Positions 1 to 9,060 of a stretch of 37,109 nt of DNA are shown here, one piece after another (positions within the stretch are counted from its first letter, which is position 1; the number at the start of each line of letters is the position of its first letter). The translations under genes and the position numbers were made by a program. Origin of the DNA: a virus. Taxonomy: Duplodnaviria; Caudoviricetes. The notes beneath the pieces are model-generated. The model was not told the DNA's origin. It did not search any database and worked only from the letters and a program-made list of their open reading frames with translations. The DNA lies in the IMG/VR virus record IMGVR_UViG_3300035676_000024, positions 1 to 37,109 of that record; one strand, written 5' to 3'.

Positions 1-127
1 ATCCCAGACCCTTACTCTAATCCTTACTAATCATGGCAGCAGCAGAGCAAAAGAAGTCCTATGCTGTCATCAAGAATTTTAAGGGTCTAAACACCAAGGC
101 CAACAGGACAGCAATCGACGAGGCAGA
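1..127. repeat. Terminal direct repeat, copy 1 (circular-assembly overlap)
   Basis: 1-127 is identical to 36983-37109. The gene ending at 37012 runs into the start of the 33..2249 gene across the join. 127 is a common assembler k-mer size. Confidence 0.95.
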
Positions 128-2249
128 GTTCTCGTGGATTGAGAATGCTATGCCTATCGGTTTTGGCAACATCAAGATTGTCAAAGCCCAGACCAAAATC
201 ACGACCGGCGCTGGAGCAAACATTGTTGCCTCCAACACGGTCACAGCACTAGAGTCTGCTAACCTAAACGGTGGAGACTACCTGCTTGCTTTTGAAGACA
301 ATGGCAAAGCAGAGTATGTCAACATCAGCAGCAGCACTTCTGGCAATGTTGCTGTTGCTGGAACCTTCTCCAACTCAGGCGTTACCACCGCTCAGTACAA
401 CGATGAGCGCATCATCATTGGCGACCCGAGCAAAGGACTGTTTAACTGGGATGGAGCCAACCTTGTCAGCATCGGCTCTGTTGGCGTAATCGGCATCACA
501 AATCCAGGCTCAGGCTATGTCAGCGCCCCTGCCGTCACTATCTCTGCACCCAACGATGCAAACGGTGTGCAGGCTACGGCAGTGTCCACCATCAGCACAG
601 GCTCCGGCGGCATTGCAAGCATTGACGTAACTGCGGCAGGTTCAGGCTACACTTTTGTCCCCGGCGTCACTATCGGCCCACCCGACCAGACTGGCGGCAC
701 ACAGGCACAGGCATTTGCCACCATTGCTAGCGGTGCTGTTGTAGCCGTTACTGTCACCAACTCTGGCAGTGGCTACACAACTGCTCCGACCGTAACCTTC
801 TCGTCAGGCTCTGCGACAGCCAACGCAGTTGTTGCTACAGGTCAGGTCAACAGCATCACTTTGACAAATGCTGGTACGGGGTACACATCTTCTCCGACCA
901 TCACGATAGCAGCGCCTCCTAGCGGAACGACTGCTACTGCCATTGCCAACTACAACACGTTCAAGACCGGCACGGTTGCTGTAACCATCACCAACGGTGG
1001 GTCTGGGTATATCAACGCAGCCAACACGGTTGTTACCATTTCCGGCGCAGGCTCAAACGCAGCAGGTACTGCCATCCTTTCCGGCGGTCAGGTCACTCAG
1101 GTCATCATGACCAACCCTGGCAGCGGATACTTGGCAAACACAACTGTCGCCATCACAGGTGGTGGAGCCACAAACGCAGCTACTGCCATAGCCGCTGTAA
1201 ACCTTAACGACATAGTAGACGTAGCCACGTTCTCAGGCCGCGTATGGGTGGCGGCAGGGCGTACCGTTTACTACACCGCTGCTGGCTCTTACAGTGACTT
1301 CACAAGCGTTAGCGCCGGAAGCTTTACGCTTACAGACTCAACGCTGCACGGCAACATCCGTGCGATTGTCTCTGCCAACAACTTCCTCTACATTTTTGGT
1401 GACGACAGCATCAACGTCTTTTCTGACCTTCGTGTCACCAGCACGGGCAGCACGTTGTTCACAAACACAAACGTCAGTGCCAGCGTAGGTACTCGCCGGA
1501 TCAAAGCCATCTTTCCGTACTTCCGTTCTGTCTTGTTTATGAACGACTACGGGGTGTATGCCCTAGTTGGATCAACCACAAGCAAGCTGTCAGACCCGCT
1601 AGATGGCATCTTCCCGAACATTGACTTCTCTTTGCCGGTCACAGGTGGGCAGGTTCTGCTCAACAACATCCTGTGTGCGGCTTTCAACTTCACATACGCA
1701 CCTGCTGGGGAGACTCCTAGACAGTTGCAAGCGGTGTTTTTTGACAAGAAGTGGTTCTTGACTAGCCAAGGTGCGCTTGATCTGGTCACATCTTTGCCTG
1801 TTGCTGGCCTTATCAACCTGTATGCGGTAGATGACAAGGACTTCTACAAGCTCTACAACAGCAGCACAGCCGCTATTAACAGTCAAATCCAGACTGCGCT
1901 TAGCCCTATGCAGGACACCATCCGCACCAAGCAGGCGCTGAAGTTTGGTGTGGAGGCTATTCTTGGTCAGGGCGCTACGTTTACTATCACTGTGGACAGC
2001 GAGGAAGGTTCTAGCCCTCCGTACACGCTCAACAACTTTGCCCAGTGGATCAACAATTCTAGTCAGGTCATTCCGTGGATCAATAACAGCAGTGTTGTGA
2101 TTGGGTGGACGACGACAAATACCTATTTCCTTTACAAGTCAGACGCGCAACAATACGGAAAGTATTTAGGTCTGACGTTGGAAAGCTCTGACCCGAACTT
2201 TGTGGTCAGCACGTTTGAGATGGAACATGAATTGAGAGTGAGGTTCTAA
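33..2249 (+). CDS. Tail tubular/nozzle (tail stabilisation) protein with an inserted array of GSGY repeats
   Basis: 738 aa directly after the putative tail adaptor gene. N- and C-terminal parts look beta-propeller-like (F-x-GLNT start; GRVWVA, NNFLYIFG). The centre has repeated IT-x-x-GSGY-T-x-x-P-x-(V/I)T units. Confidence 0.7.
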   Translation: MAAAEQKKSYAVIKNFKGLNTKANRTAIDEAEFSWIENAMPIGFGNIKIVKAQTKITTGAGANIVASNTVTALESANLNGGDYLLAFEDNGKAEYVNISSSTSGNVAVAGTFSNSGVTTAQYNDERIIIGDPSKGLFNWDGANLVSIGSVGVIGITNPGSGYVSAPAVTISAPNDANGVQATAVSTISTGSGGIASIDVTAAGSGYTFVPGVTIGPPDQTGGTQAQAFATIASGAVVAVTVTNSGSGYTTAPTVTFSSGSATANAVVATGQVNSITLTNAGTGYTSSPTITIAAPPSGTTATAIANYNTFKTGTVAVTITNGGSGYINAANTVVTISGAGSNAAGTAILSGGQVTQVIMTNPGSGYLANTTVAITGGGATNAATAIAAVNLNDIVDVATFSGRVWVAAGRTVYYTAAGSYSDFTSVSAGSFTLTDSTLHGNIRAIVSANNFLYIFGDDSINVFSDLRVTSTGSTLFTNTNVSASVGTRRIKAIFPYFRSVLFMNDYGVYALVGSTTSKLSDPLDGIFPNIDFSLPVTGGQVLLNNILCAAFNFTYAPAGETPRQLQAVFFDKKWFLTSQGALDLVTSLPVAGLINLYAVDDKDFYKLYNSSTAAINSQIQTALSPMQDTIRTKQALKFGVEAILGQGATFTITVDSEEGSSPPYTLNNFAQWINNSSQVIPWINNSSVVIGWTTTNTYFLYKSDAQQYGKYLGLTLESSDPNFVVSTFEMEHELRVRF

Positions 2250-2250
2250 C

Positions 2251-4161
2251 ATGACGGTCCCATATGCTTTTAGCGCAGCAACAAGCGCTATTCCGCTGTC
2301 CCAGTTGGACGACAACTTCAACACGACTATCACTCTTGGCAATACGGCTATCCAGCTAGGGAACACTGTCACCACGCTCAACAACATGACGTTGGCGAAC
2401 GTGACCATCTCTAGCGGTAACGTGACCATCACGAACGTGACGGTGACTACGGCAAACGTGACGACAGTCAACGCAACCACGGTGATTGCTACGACTGCCA
2501 ATGTCACCAACCTTATTAGCGGCAATGTTGCGCTTACAGGTGGCGCTATCAGCAACACTACGTTGGGAGCTTCTACTGCCTCTACCGCAAATGTAACCAC
2601 GCTGACCGCCTCCAGCACAGTCACGCTTAACGGAGGCTCAGCAAGTGGTGTTGCTTATCTAGATGGCTCCAAAGCCCTGACCACTGGGTCTGCGCTGACG
2701 TACAACGGTGTCGGCTTGGGTATTGGTGTTGCGTCTGCAACGCAGCTTCTAAACCTAAGTGGTTCTGGAACAAGCAACATTCAATTAGTTAGCACTGACA
2801 GCGGTGGTAAGAACCTGCTTATTTCAGTGTCCGGGTCACTGGCATCCTTGCGTGAACTGAACGGCAACCCACTTGCGTTTGACATCGGCGGCTCCGAACA
2901 AATGCGCCTGACCAGCACAGGGCTGGGGATTGGGACGAGTACACCGGGGCAAAAGCTGGATGTGAATGGTGCAATTCGCGTAGGCAACGGGACTACGGTT
3001 GGTGTTTATGACATTAGCCGAAACACCTCCACGGGTCTGCTTGAATTTTACGGCAACCAATCCAGTTTTACTGGCTACGTTTTTGGCGGGGTTGACGGGA
3101 CGAGAATGACCCTCGACGCCTCCGGCAACCTCGGCTTGGGGGTGACGCCGAGTGCTTGGCAAACAATTAAGGCGCTGCAAGTAAATCAAGCGTCTTTTGG
3201 CGGCTACTCAAACGACTTGTATGCATACGCAAATGCTTACTACGGGTCAGGTGGCTGGAGGTATATAAACACCGCCGTCGCGTCGGGGTACGAGCAAGTT
3301 TCTGGTGCCCACAAATGGTACACCGCAGCCTCCGGCACAGCAAACACCGCCATCACCTTCACGCAGGCAATGACGCTGGATGCGAGTGGGAATTTGGGGT
3401 TGGGGGTAACTTCACCAGCCGTCTACACGGCCAACAGCCGTCTGCTGCAAATTGACGGCGGCGCAAACGCAACTGAATTAAAGCTGACCAACAGCACTAC
3501 GGGACCAACTGGCGGCGACGGTACGCTGTTTCAGTTGAATGGCTCAGCGTTCTACTTGTGGAATTTGGAAAACAGTTTTATCTCTTTCGGCACCAACAAC
3601 ACCGAACGCGCCCGTATCGACTCCAGTGGGAATTTGCTGGTGGGGACGACGAGCCAAATTCAAGGAACTGCTCGTGTTGTTTCGGACACTACAGGATTGG
3701 GTATCGTTTCTCGCACTAGCGCAGGGGATGCTCAAGCCTGTATGTCGGCATGGAACTCGGCAACCACGGGCAATAACCAATTTCATTGGTTTTACACCGA
3801 TGGAGGCCCATCTTTCCGTGGGTCTATTGAATACAACCGTGGCGGCGGCGTGGTTGCTTACAACACCACTTCAGACTACCGTGCCAAAGACATCCTTGGG
3901 CCTGTTGCCGACCCCGGCGCGGTCATCGACGCGCTGAAGGTCTATACCGGCAAGATGAAGGGCGCAACAATTGAGCGCCCAATGCTGATTGCTCACGAAG
4001 CACAGGATGTTGCTCCATACGCAGTTACCGGGGAAAAAGACGCCGTGAACGAAGACGGCTCGCCAAGATACCAGCAGATGGATCATCAGGTTCTTGTCCC
4101 ACTGCTGATTGCTGAAATCCAATCGCTACGCAAGCGCGTGGCACAACTTGAAGGAGCCTAA
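2251..4161 (+). CDS. Tail fibre/spike with C-terminal intramolecular chaperone (peptidase S74-like)
   Basis: Thr/Gly-rich, with repeated RMTLDASGNLGLG modules. The C-terminus TTSDYRAKD...LIAHE...LLIAEIQSLRKRVAQLE is typical of autocleaving chaperone domains. Confidence 0.85.
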   Translation: MTVPYAFSAATSAIPLSQLDDNFNTTITLGNTAIQLGNTVTTLNNMTLANVTISSGNVTITNVTVTTANVTTVNATTVIATTANVTNLISGNVALTGGAISNTTLGASTASTANVTTLTASSTVTLNGGSASGVAYLDGSKALTTGSALTYNGVGLGIGVASATQLLNLSGSGTSNIQLVSTDSGGKNLLISVSGSLASLRELNGNPLAFDIGGSEQMRLTSTGLGIGTSTPGQKLDVNGAIRVGNGTTVGVYDISRNTSTGLLEFYGNQSSFTGYVFGGVDGTRMTLDASGNLGLGVTPSAWQTIKALQVNQASFGGYSNDLYAYANAYYGSGGWRYINTAVASGYEQVSGAHKWYTAASGTANTAITFTQAMTLDASGNLGLGVTSPAVYTANSRLLQIDGGANATELKLTNSTTGPTGGDGTLFQLNGSAFYLWNLENSFISFGTNNTERARIDSSGNLLVGTTSQIQGTARVVSDTTGLGIVSRTSAGDAQACMSAWNSATTGNNQFHWFYTDGGPSFRGSIEYNRGGGVVAYNTTSDYRAKDILGPVADPGAVIDALKVYTGKMKGATIERPMLIAHEAQDVAPYAVTGEKDAVNEDGSPRYQQMDHQVLVPLLIAEIQSLRKRVAQLEGA

Positions 4162-4164
4162 ACA

Positions 4165-4488
4165 ATGACCACCCCTGTCATCACTTGGACCATCACCGCG
4201 ATGGACGTTTATCCGCAAGAAAACGGAAATGCAGATGTTGTCTTTTGTGCCCACTGGACCTGCTCTGGTACTGACGGCACTTACAACGCCTCTGTGTACT
4301 CCACCTGCAACATCCCCTACACCGGCACTTCTTTCGTTCCCTACGAAGACCTGACTCAGCAGCAGGTCTTGGATTGGGTCTGGGATAACGGTGTAGACAG
4401 GTTTGCTACAGAGATGGCTGTTGTTCAGCAACTGGAAAACCAGATCAACCCGCCTGTTATCACACCGCCTCTTCCCTGGGCTGCATAA
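4165..4488 (+). CDS. Small tail-fibre-associated protein
   Basis: 107 aa directly after the fibre. The F(V/I)PYEDLTQQQVLDWV...LPW pattern is typical of phage fibre-adjacent proteins. Confidence 0.7.
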   Translation: MTTPVITWTITAMDVYPQENGNADVVFCAHWTCSGTDGTYNASVYSTCNIPYTGTSFVPYEDLTQQQVLDWVWDNGVDRFATEMAVVQQLENQINPPVITPPLPWAA

Positions 4489-4490
4489 AC

Positions 4491-4820
4491 ATGGTCAACT
4501 CACCTTTCACCCCTAGTGGTAACACAGTGGTCTTTACTGCTGCTACCACTGCTCCTACGCCCGTACAGGCTGTCTCTACCACTCTGGGTGGTAATCAGTA
4601 CCGTGTGCTTAACGCAGGCTCTGTGACTGTGTTTATGGGTATAGGTGCTACTGCTGACACTGCCAACAGTGCCGCTGTTGTGGCAACTACCACCGCAGCA
4701 TCCATCCCGCTGCTCGCTGGTACTGACGAAATCTTGACCTTCCAGCCTAACGCATACTTCACTGGCGTAACTGGTAGCAGCACTGCTGTTGTTTACATCA
4801 CGCCCGGAGACGGTAGCTAA
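4491..4820 (+). CDS. Structural protein, paralog of 14123..14449
   Basis: 109 aa Thr/Ala-rich; colinear similarity to 14123..14449 (FTP-GN-VVFTAA-TAPTPV, GG-QYRV, YFTG, PGDGS). Confidence 0.75.
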   Translation: MVNSPFTPSGNTVVFTAATTAPTPVQAVSTTLGGNQYRVLNAGSVTVFMGIGATADTANSAAVVATTTAASIPLLAGTDEILTFQPNAYFTGVTGSSTAVVYITPGDGS

Positions 4821-4822
4821 TC

Positions 4823-5695
4823 ATGCTCAAGACTGTCAGCTCCTTCCAAAACGCTATAGGCGCTCTTGTCTACAAGGGCACGTGGGATGCATCCACGAAC
4901 ACGCCTACGCTTACGTCTGGAGTTGGCAACAAGGGTGATTACTACGTTGTCTCTGTCGCTGGCACGACCAATCTTGACGGCATCACAGATTGGCAGGTCA
5001 ACGACATAGCCCTGTTTAACGGTAGCGTCTGGCAGAAGATTGACAACACAGACGCCGTTTTGTCTGTCAACGGCAAGACTGGAGTTGTTGTTCTCGGGCC
5101 TACAGATGTAGGGGCAGCTCCCAATACTGCATTCGTCGTTGCTGGTACTGGACTGACAGGCGGTGGTCAACTTACAGGCAATGTCACAGTAGCACTGGCA
5201 GACACTGCTGTATCTGCTGGGACTTACGGCTCTGCAACACAAGTCTCGCAGGTCACTATAGATGCACAGGGACGGATTACCAGTGCTTCTAATGTTTCGA
5301 TAGCAATCAGCAACGCTGCTGTCTCTGGTTTGGGTACGATGTCCACCCAGAATGCAGACAACGTAGCCATCACTGGCGGCAATGTGACCGGCATTATTGG
5401 CAACGTCACTACTGCTATTCCTAACGGCAGCGTGACGAATGCTCTGCTTGAGAACAGCACAGCGACTCTAGGAAACACAACCATCACGCTAGGCTCTGCC
5501 ACAACTACTGTGGGCAACCTGACGCTTGACAACGTGATTGTTGGCAGCGGAGAGATTACTGCCAACATCTCTGTGACGAACACAACCGATGCCGGTGCAA
5601 CATTTGCAACATCTAGCTTGCCGCTAGTCCCAGAAGGCTACGTTGTTATCAGCATCGGTGGCGTTCTTAAAAAAATCCCTTATTACGGAGTTTGA
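4823..5695 (+). CDS. Second fibre-like structural protein
   Basis: 290 aa; YKGTWDASTNTP-L...GDYYVVS-AG, SVNGKTG-VVL and AGTYGSAT...DAQGRITSA motifs seen in phage fibres. Confidence 0.75.
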   Translation: MLKTVSSFQNAIGALVYKGTWDASTNTPTLTSGVGNKGDYYVVSVAGTTNLDGITDWQVNDIALFNGSVWQKIDNTDAVLSVNGKTGVVVLGPTDVGAAPNTAFVVAGTGLTGGGQLTGNVTVALADTAVSAGTYGSATQVSQVTIDAQGRITSASNVSIAISNAAVSGLGTMSTQNADNVAITGGNVTGIIGNVTTAIPNGSVTNALLENSTATLGNTTITLGSATTTVGNLTLDNVIVGSGEITANISVTNTTDAGATFATSSLPLVPEGYVVISIGGVLKKIPYYGV

Positions 5696-5696
5696 A

Positions 5697-5930
5697 GTGG
5701 AGAACCAGCAGCTCTTCAACATGGTCATTGCGGCATCTGGCGCACTCGGTGGCTGGATGCTCAAGGTCATCTGGGATGCTATTCGTGACCTGAAGTCAGA
5801 TGTGCGCGACATCAGTCAGACCATGCACAACGACTTTGTACGCAGAGAAGACTTTTCAGATGCGGTCAAGCGGATCGAGTACATGTGCGAGCGCATCTTT
5901 GACAAGCTGGACGGGAAGGCTGACAAGTGA
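5697..5930 (+). CDS. Membrane-anchored coiled-coil protein (possible lysis accessory)
   Basis: GTG start at 5697 with GGAG upstream, preferred over the track start at 5643. One N-terminal hydrophobic helix followed by a charged helical tail. Confidence 0.6.
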   Translation: MENQQLFNMVIAASGALGGWMLKVIWDAIRDLKSDVRDISQTMHNDFVRREDFSDAVKRIEYMCERIFDKLDGKADK

Positions 5931-6265
5931 ACTTCGAGGTTTTGTCCTACGTGAAGTTTGGGGACAGAGATGGACTGCAAGAGTTCCTGTTTGAGAACGG
6001 GGTGCAGCATCAACTGTTCTACGAAATCCTTGCTGACCGTGGACAACTCATTCCTAAGTACCCCATCACTGATGCAGACATCTCAAACCTTGATGACTGG
6101 CTTTTTGTTCACAATCAGGAGCATGAGGCTCTGGCCTCAACGCTAGGCTTGGACAACCCGTTCCAGTTGCTCGACAGTGACTGGAATGTTGAAGAAGACT
6201 TTTACGACTGGATTGGTGTGCATCAGACCATCCATCAACAGATAGCTGCGGCTTTGGGAGTGTGA
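5927..6265 (+). CDS. Hypothetical protein (His/Asp-rich, possibly metal-binding)
   Basis: 112 aa; GTGA overlap with the upstream stop; H-x3-H motifs (HNQEH, HQTIH). Confidence 0.7.
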   Translation: MNFEVLSYVKFGDRDGLQEFLFENGVQHQLFYEILADRGQLIPKYPITDADISNLDDWLFVHNQEHEALASTLGLDNPFQLLDSDWNVEEDFYDWIGVHQTIHQQIAAALGV

Positions 6266-6266
6266 G

Positions 6267-8021
6267 ATGAGTTTTTTAAATACGAAGTACACAACAGAGC
6301 AAGTTAAAGCAGTTCCTGGCTTGTGGGAAGATTTGATGAGTGTTGCGTCAACGGAAGGATTTACGCCTCCACAAAGGACGCAAGCCATGCGTGTCACGCT
6401 AATGTCAGTGATGAACGACCCTGTTTCTTATGTTGAAAACAATCTTTCAACGGCAATATACAATGATTTTTTTAATAAAAACAACAATTTAGTAAACGAA
6501 TATATTTCTTTTTTGAGTGCAAACGGCAGAAACCCTGAACAAATTCAACAAAAGTATTACGAGGCGGTTCCTGCCGCTCAAGATCGCATATCTAATAGAA
6601 ATAAGGGAATAACAGGGGATTTGGTTTCTGCGTTGGCTATTGGATTGTCTTTGTTTGCCCCTGGCATTGGCGCTGCGGTTGGTTCTGTTTTAACTGGAAC
6701 AGCAGCAACAACACTTGCATCTCAGGTTGTTGGTAACGCAATCGTTCAAGGTGTTCTTGCAGAAACTCAAGGCGGTGACTTTCTAGATGGCGCTATCAAG
6801 GGCGCTGTCACTGCTGGCGTTGCTCCTGCTGTTGCTAACACTGTTGGTCAAAGTGTTGCTACCGCGATGGCAGATTCTGCTGTCAAGAATGTTGTTGCCA
6901 ACGCTGTTGCCTCTTCTGCAACATCTGCCGTAACTGCGGCTCTGACTGGTGGCGATGTTGAAAGCGCAGCTCTTACAGGCGCTCTAGCGGGTGCTGGTGG
7001 CTCTGTTGGTAGAGAGCTAGGCATTGCTACTGACTACGGAACAACGCCTTTTTCAGAGCAAACACAGATGCTTGCCGGTCAAGAGGTAGGCTTAGGTGGT
7101 GCTGGAAGCATTGGGGCGAACTTGGGTCAGGCTGCTGGCGCTATTGCAGGTGGTGCTGAGGCAGATCAAGCTCTTTTAAGCGCTCTTTCCAAGATTGCAG
7201 CGGAGTCTGCTGCTGCCAAGCCCACTTCTGGCAGCTCAACAACCGCAGAACCCCCTGTTTCACCCCCTTCAGAGGCCGAAAAACAACCTGTTTTGTTTCC
7301 AGAAACAGCCCAAATTTCCGATATTGGCTTGATGGACGGCGTTGCGGGAACCATTCCTGAAATAAGTGCGCCCTCCACCCAAGAAAATGCAATACCCGAC
7401 CAAATTACTCAAGAATTAGCAGGGGTACAAGAAGGTGAATCGCCTCTAGACGTTTTGGGTCAGCCGCTGACGCCAGAAGCGATGGACATTGAGCCTATTC
7501 CGCAAGACCCACTGCTAGGTTTGTCTGCTCCGGCTGTCGGAGAAGGTGAACAAGAAGCAATAGACTACCAAGCCCTAGAAGATTTGTCGTCTGCTGAAGT
7601 TGGCTTGGGCGAAGAAGAGGCCATAGATCAAGCAAATCTAGATGCTTTAGGCGAGTTGTCATCTGCCGAGGTTGGAGAAGGCGAACAAGAGGCTATTGAC
7701 AGGCAAGCTTTGGAAGAACTTTCCTCCGCTGAAGTCGGGGAAGGCGAAGAACAAGCCATACAAGACAGTGAAGTTGAAGTAAGTACGATTCCATTTATTA
7801 GGGATACGTATTTGGCTACTGGTCGCAGGCGTTCTGATTTTGGGCCAACAGTTACGACTTTAGGTCAGGCTTTGCAGGCTCCGTTCTTCTCAACGTCTCC
7901 TGTTTCTAGTTTGACTTCTTACCGTGGTGCTGGTGAAATTGAGGGGCAGAGGACCGGCAAGCCCCGCAGAAACGTATGGAATGAATCTTCTTTGCGTCTC
8001 AAAGATGCGTTAGGACTGTGA
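6267..8021 (+). CDS. Putative internal virion/ejection protein with glycine-zipper segment and acidic repeats
   Basis: 584 aa; Gly/Ala-rich hydrophobic central region and very acidic C-terminal half; first of four large genes after the tail cluster. Confidence 0.6.
   Translation: MSFLNTKYTTEQVKAVPGLWEDLMSVASTEGFTPPQRTQAMRVTLMSVMNDPVSYVENNLSTAIYNDFFNKNNNLVNEYISFLSANGRNPEQIQQKYYEAVPAAQDRISNRNKGITGDLVSALAIGLSLFAPGIGAAVGSVLTGTAATTLASQVVGNAIVQGVLAETQGGDFLDGAIKGAVTAGVAPAVANTVGQSVATAMADSAVKNVVANAVASSATSAVTAALTGGDVESAALTGALAGAGGSVGRELGIATDYGTTPFSEQTQMLAGQEVGLGGAGSIGANLGQAAGAIAGGAEADQALLSALSKIAAESAAAKPTSGSSTTAEPPVSPPSEAEKQPVLFPETAQISDIGLMDGVAGTIPEISAPSTQENAIPDQITQELAGVQEGESPLDVLGQPLTPEAMDIEPIPQDPLLGLSAPAVGEGEQEAIDYQALEDLSSAEVGLGEEEAIDQANLDALGELSSAEVGEGEQEAIDRQALEELSSAEVGEGEEQAIQDSEVEVSTIPFIRDTYLATGRRRSDFGPTVTTLGQALQAPFFSTSPVSSLTSYRGAGEIEGQRTGKPRRNVWNESSLRLKDALGL
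7521..7766 (+). repeat. Four imperfect in-frame repeats of 63-72 bp (LSSAEVGEGEQEAID...)
   Basis: Units start at 7521, 7584, 7656 and 7719. Confidence 0.85.
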
Positions 8022-8022
8022 A

Positions 8023-9060
8023 ATGTCTCAAGTAAAAAAACTCACTCGCCTTGGTAGCGATACTCGCAAGATTGCCGCCCTGCTGCAAGCAAAAGCTCCT
8101 AAAGGGGAGATGCTTGCCTACATCAATCCACAAGAGGCAGCTCTTCTAAAGTCCCGTGGTGGTTCTGGCAAGCCCCATGCTGATACTGGCATCCCATCAT
8201 TCCAGGTTGAGTCGGACTTTTCAGAGGCGTACATGGCAGACATGGGCCGCTCTGACTTTGAGCCACAGGGTTCTGTCATGTATCTACAGGGCGGTCCAGC
8301 AGCAGACTACCAGATGGGCTATCCAGAGCCTACGTTTATGCAGCCTGCTCCGACTGTCAGCGCACCTCCTGCGGATATGGCTCCTGCCTTTATGCCTGCT
8401 GCGTTGCCAGAGATTCCTGCCGTACCGCAGCCTCTGCCAACACCGTCAATGCCGTCATTCCTGCCACCTGCTGTTGAAGGCTATCAACTAGGCGGTATGG
8501 AAACAGGTCGTGCGGGTGAGCAACCCTCTGCTCTCAACAAGTTGGCTAGTGCGCTCAACATTGATAAGGGAGACCTTGCCAAGTTCGGTCTTGCTGGTTT
8601 GCAAACCATCCTAGGTAGTCGTCAGGCACGGCAAGCTACGCAGCAAGGTCAGCAAGCTCGTCGTGAGATGGAGGCTATGGCTGCTCCCTATCGCCAAAGA
8701 GGTGAGCAGTTGCAAGCTCAGGCAGCGCGAGGAGAGCTTACCCCGCAGGCTCAGCAATCACTGCAAGCAGTGCAGGCGCAAGCGGCTCAAGGTGTTGCCA
8801 ACAGAGGTGGTGTTGGCGCTAACCAAGCAGCAGCACAGGTAGAGGCAGTGCGTCAACAACTGTTGCAGACGCAAGCTGACTACGGACTCAAGCTTTCTGG
8901 CATAGCAGACCAGATTGTTACTGGTGCTATTCGTGAAGGATTGAGGGCTGACCAGTTCGTGAACCAGCTTACTAGCTCTTACATGAACAACATTATGCGA
9001 ACTGTTGGCGGCATGGCTACCCAACAACAGCAACCGAATGTCACGGGTGGAGGTCGCTAA
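8023..9060 (+). CDS. Putative DNA ejection/pilot protein
   Basis: 345 aa; LAYINPQEAALLKSRGGSG N-terminal motif, Pro-rich linker, Gln/Ala-rich helical C-terminus. Confidence 0.6.
   Translation: MSQVKKLTRLGSDTRKIAALLQAKAPKGEMLAYINPQEAALLKSRGGSGKPHADTGIPSFQVESDFSEAYMADMGRSDFEPQGSVMYLQGGPAADYQMGYPEPTFMQPAPTVSAPPADMAPAFMPAALPEIPAVPQPLPTPSMPSFLPPAVEGYQLGGMETGRAGEQPSALNKLASALNIDKGDLAKFGLAGLQTILGSRQARQATQQGQQARREMEAMAAPYRQRGEQLQAQAARGELTPQAQQSLQAVQAQAAQGVANRGGVGANQAAAQVEAVRQQLLQTQADYGLKLSGIADQIVTGAIREGLRADQFVNQLTSSYMNNIMRTVGGMATQQQQPNVTGGGR

Noticed and set aside
2251-4161. Diversity-generating retroelement or invertase-based fibre switching
   Set aside because: No reverse transcriptase, invertase or adenine-variable TR/VR pair was seen.
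7521-7766. CRISPR-like array
   Set aside because: The repeats are in-frame, degenerate at synonymous positions and have no unique spacers.
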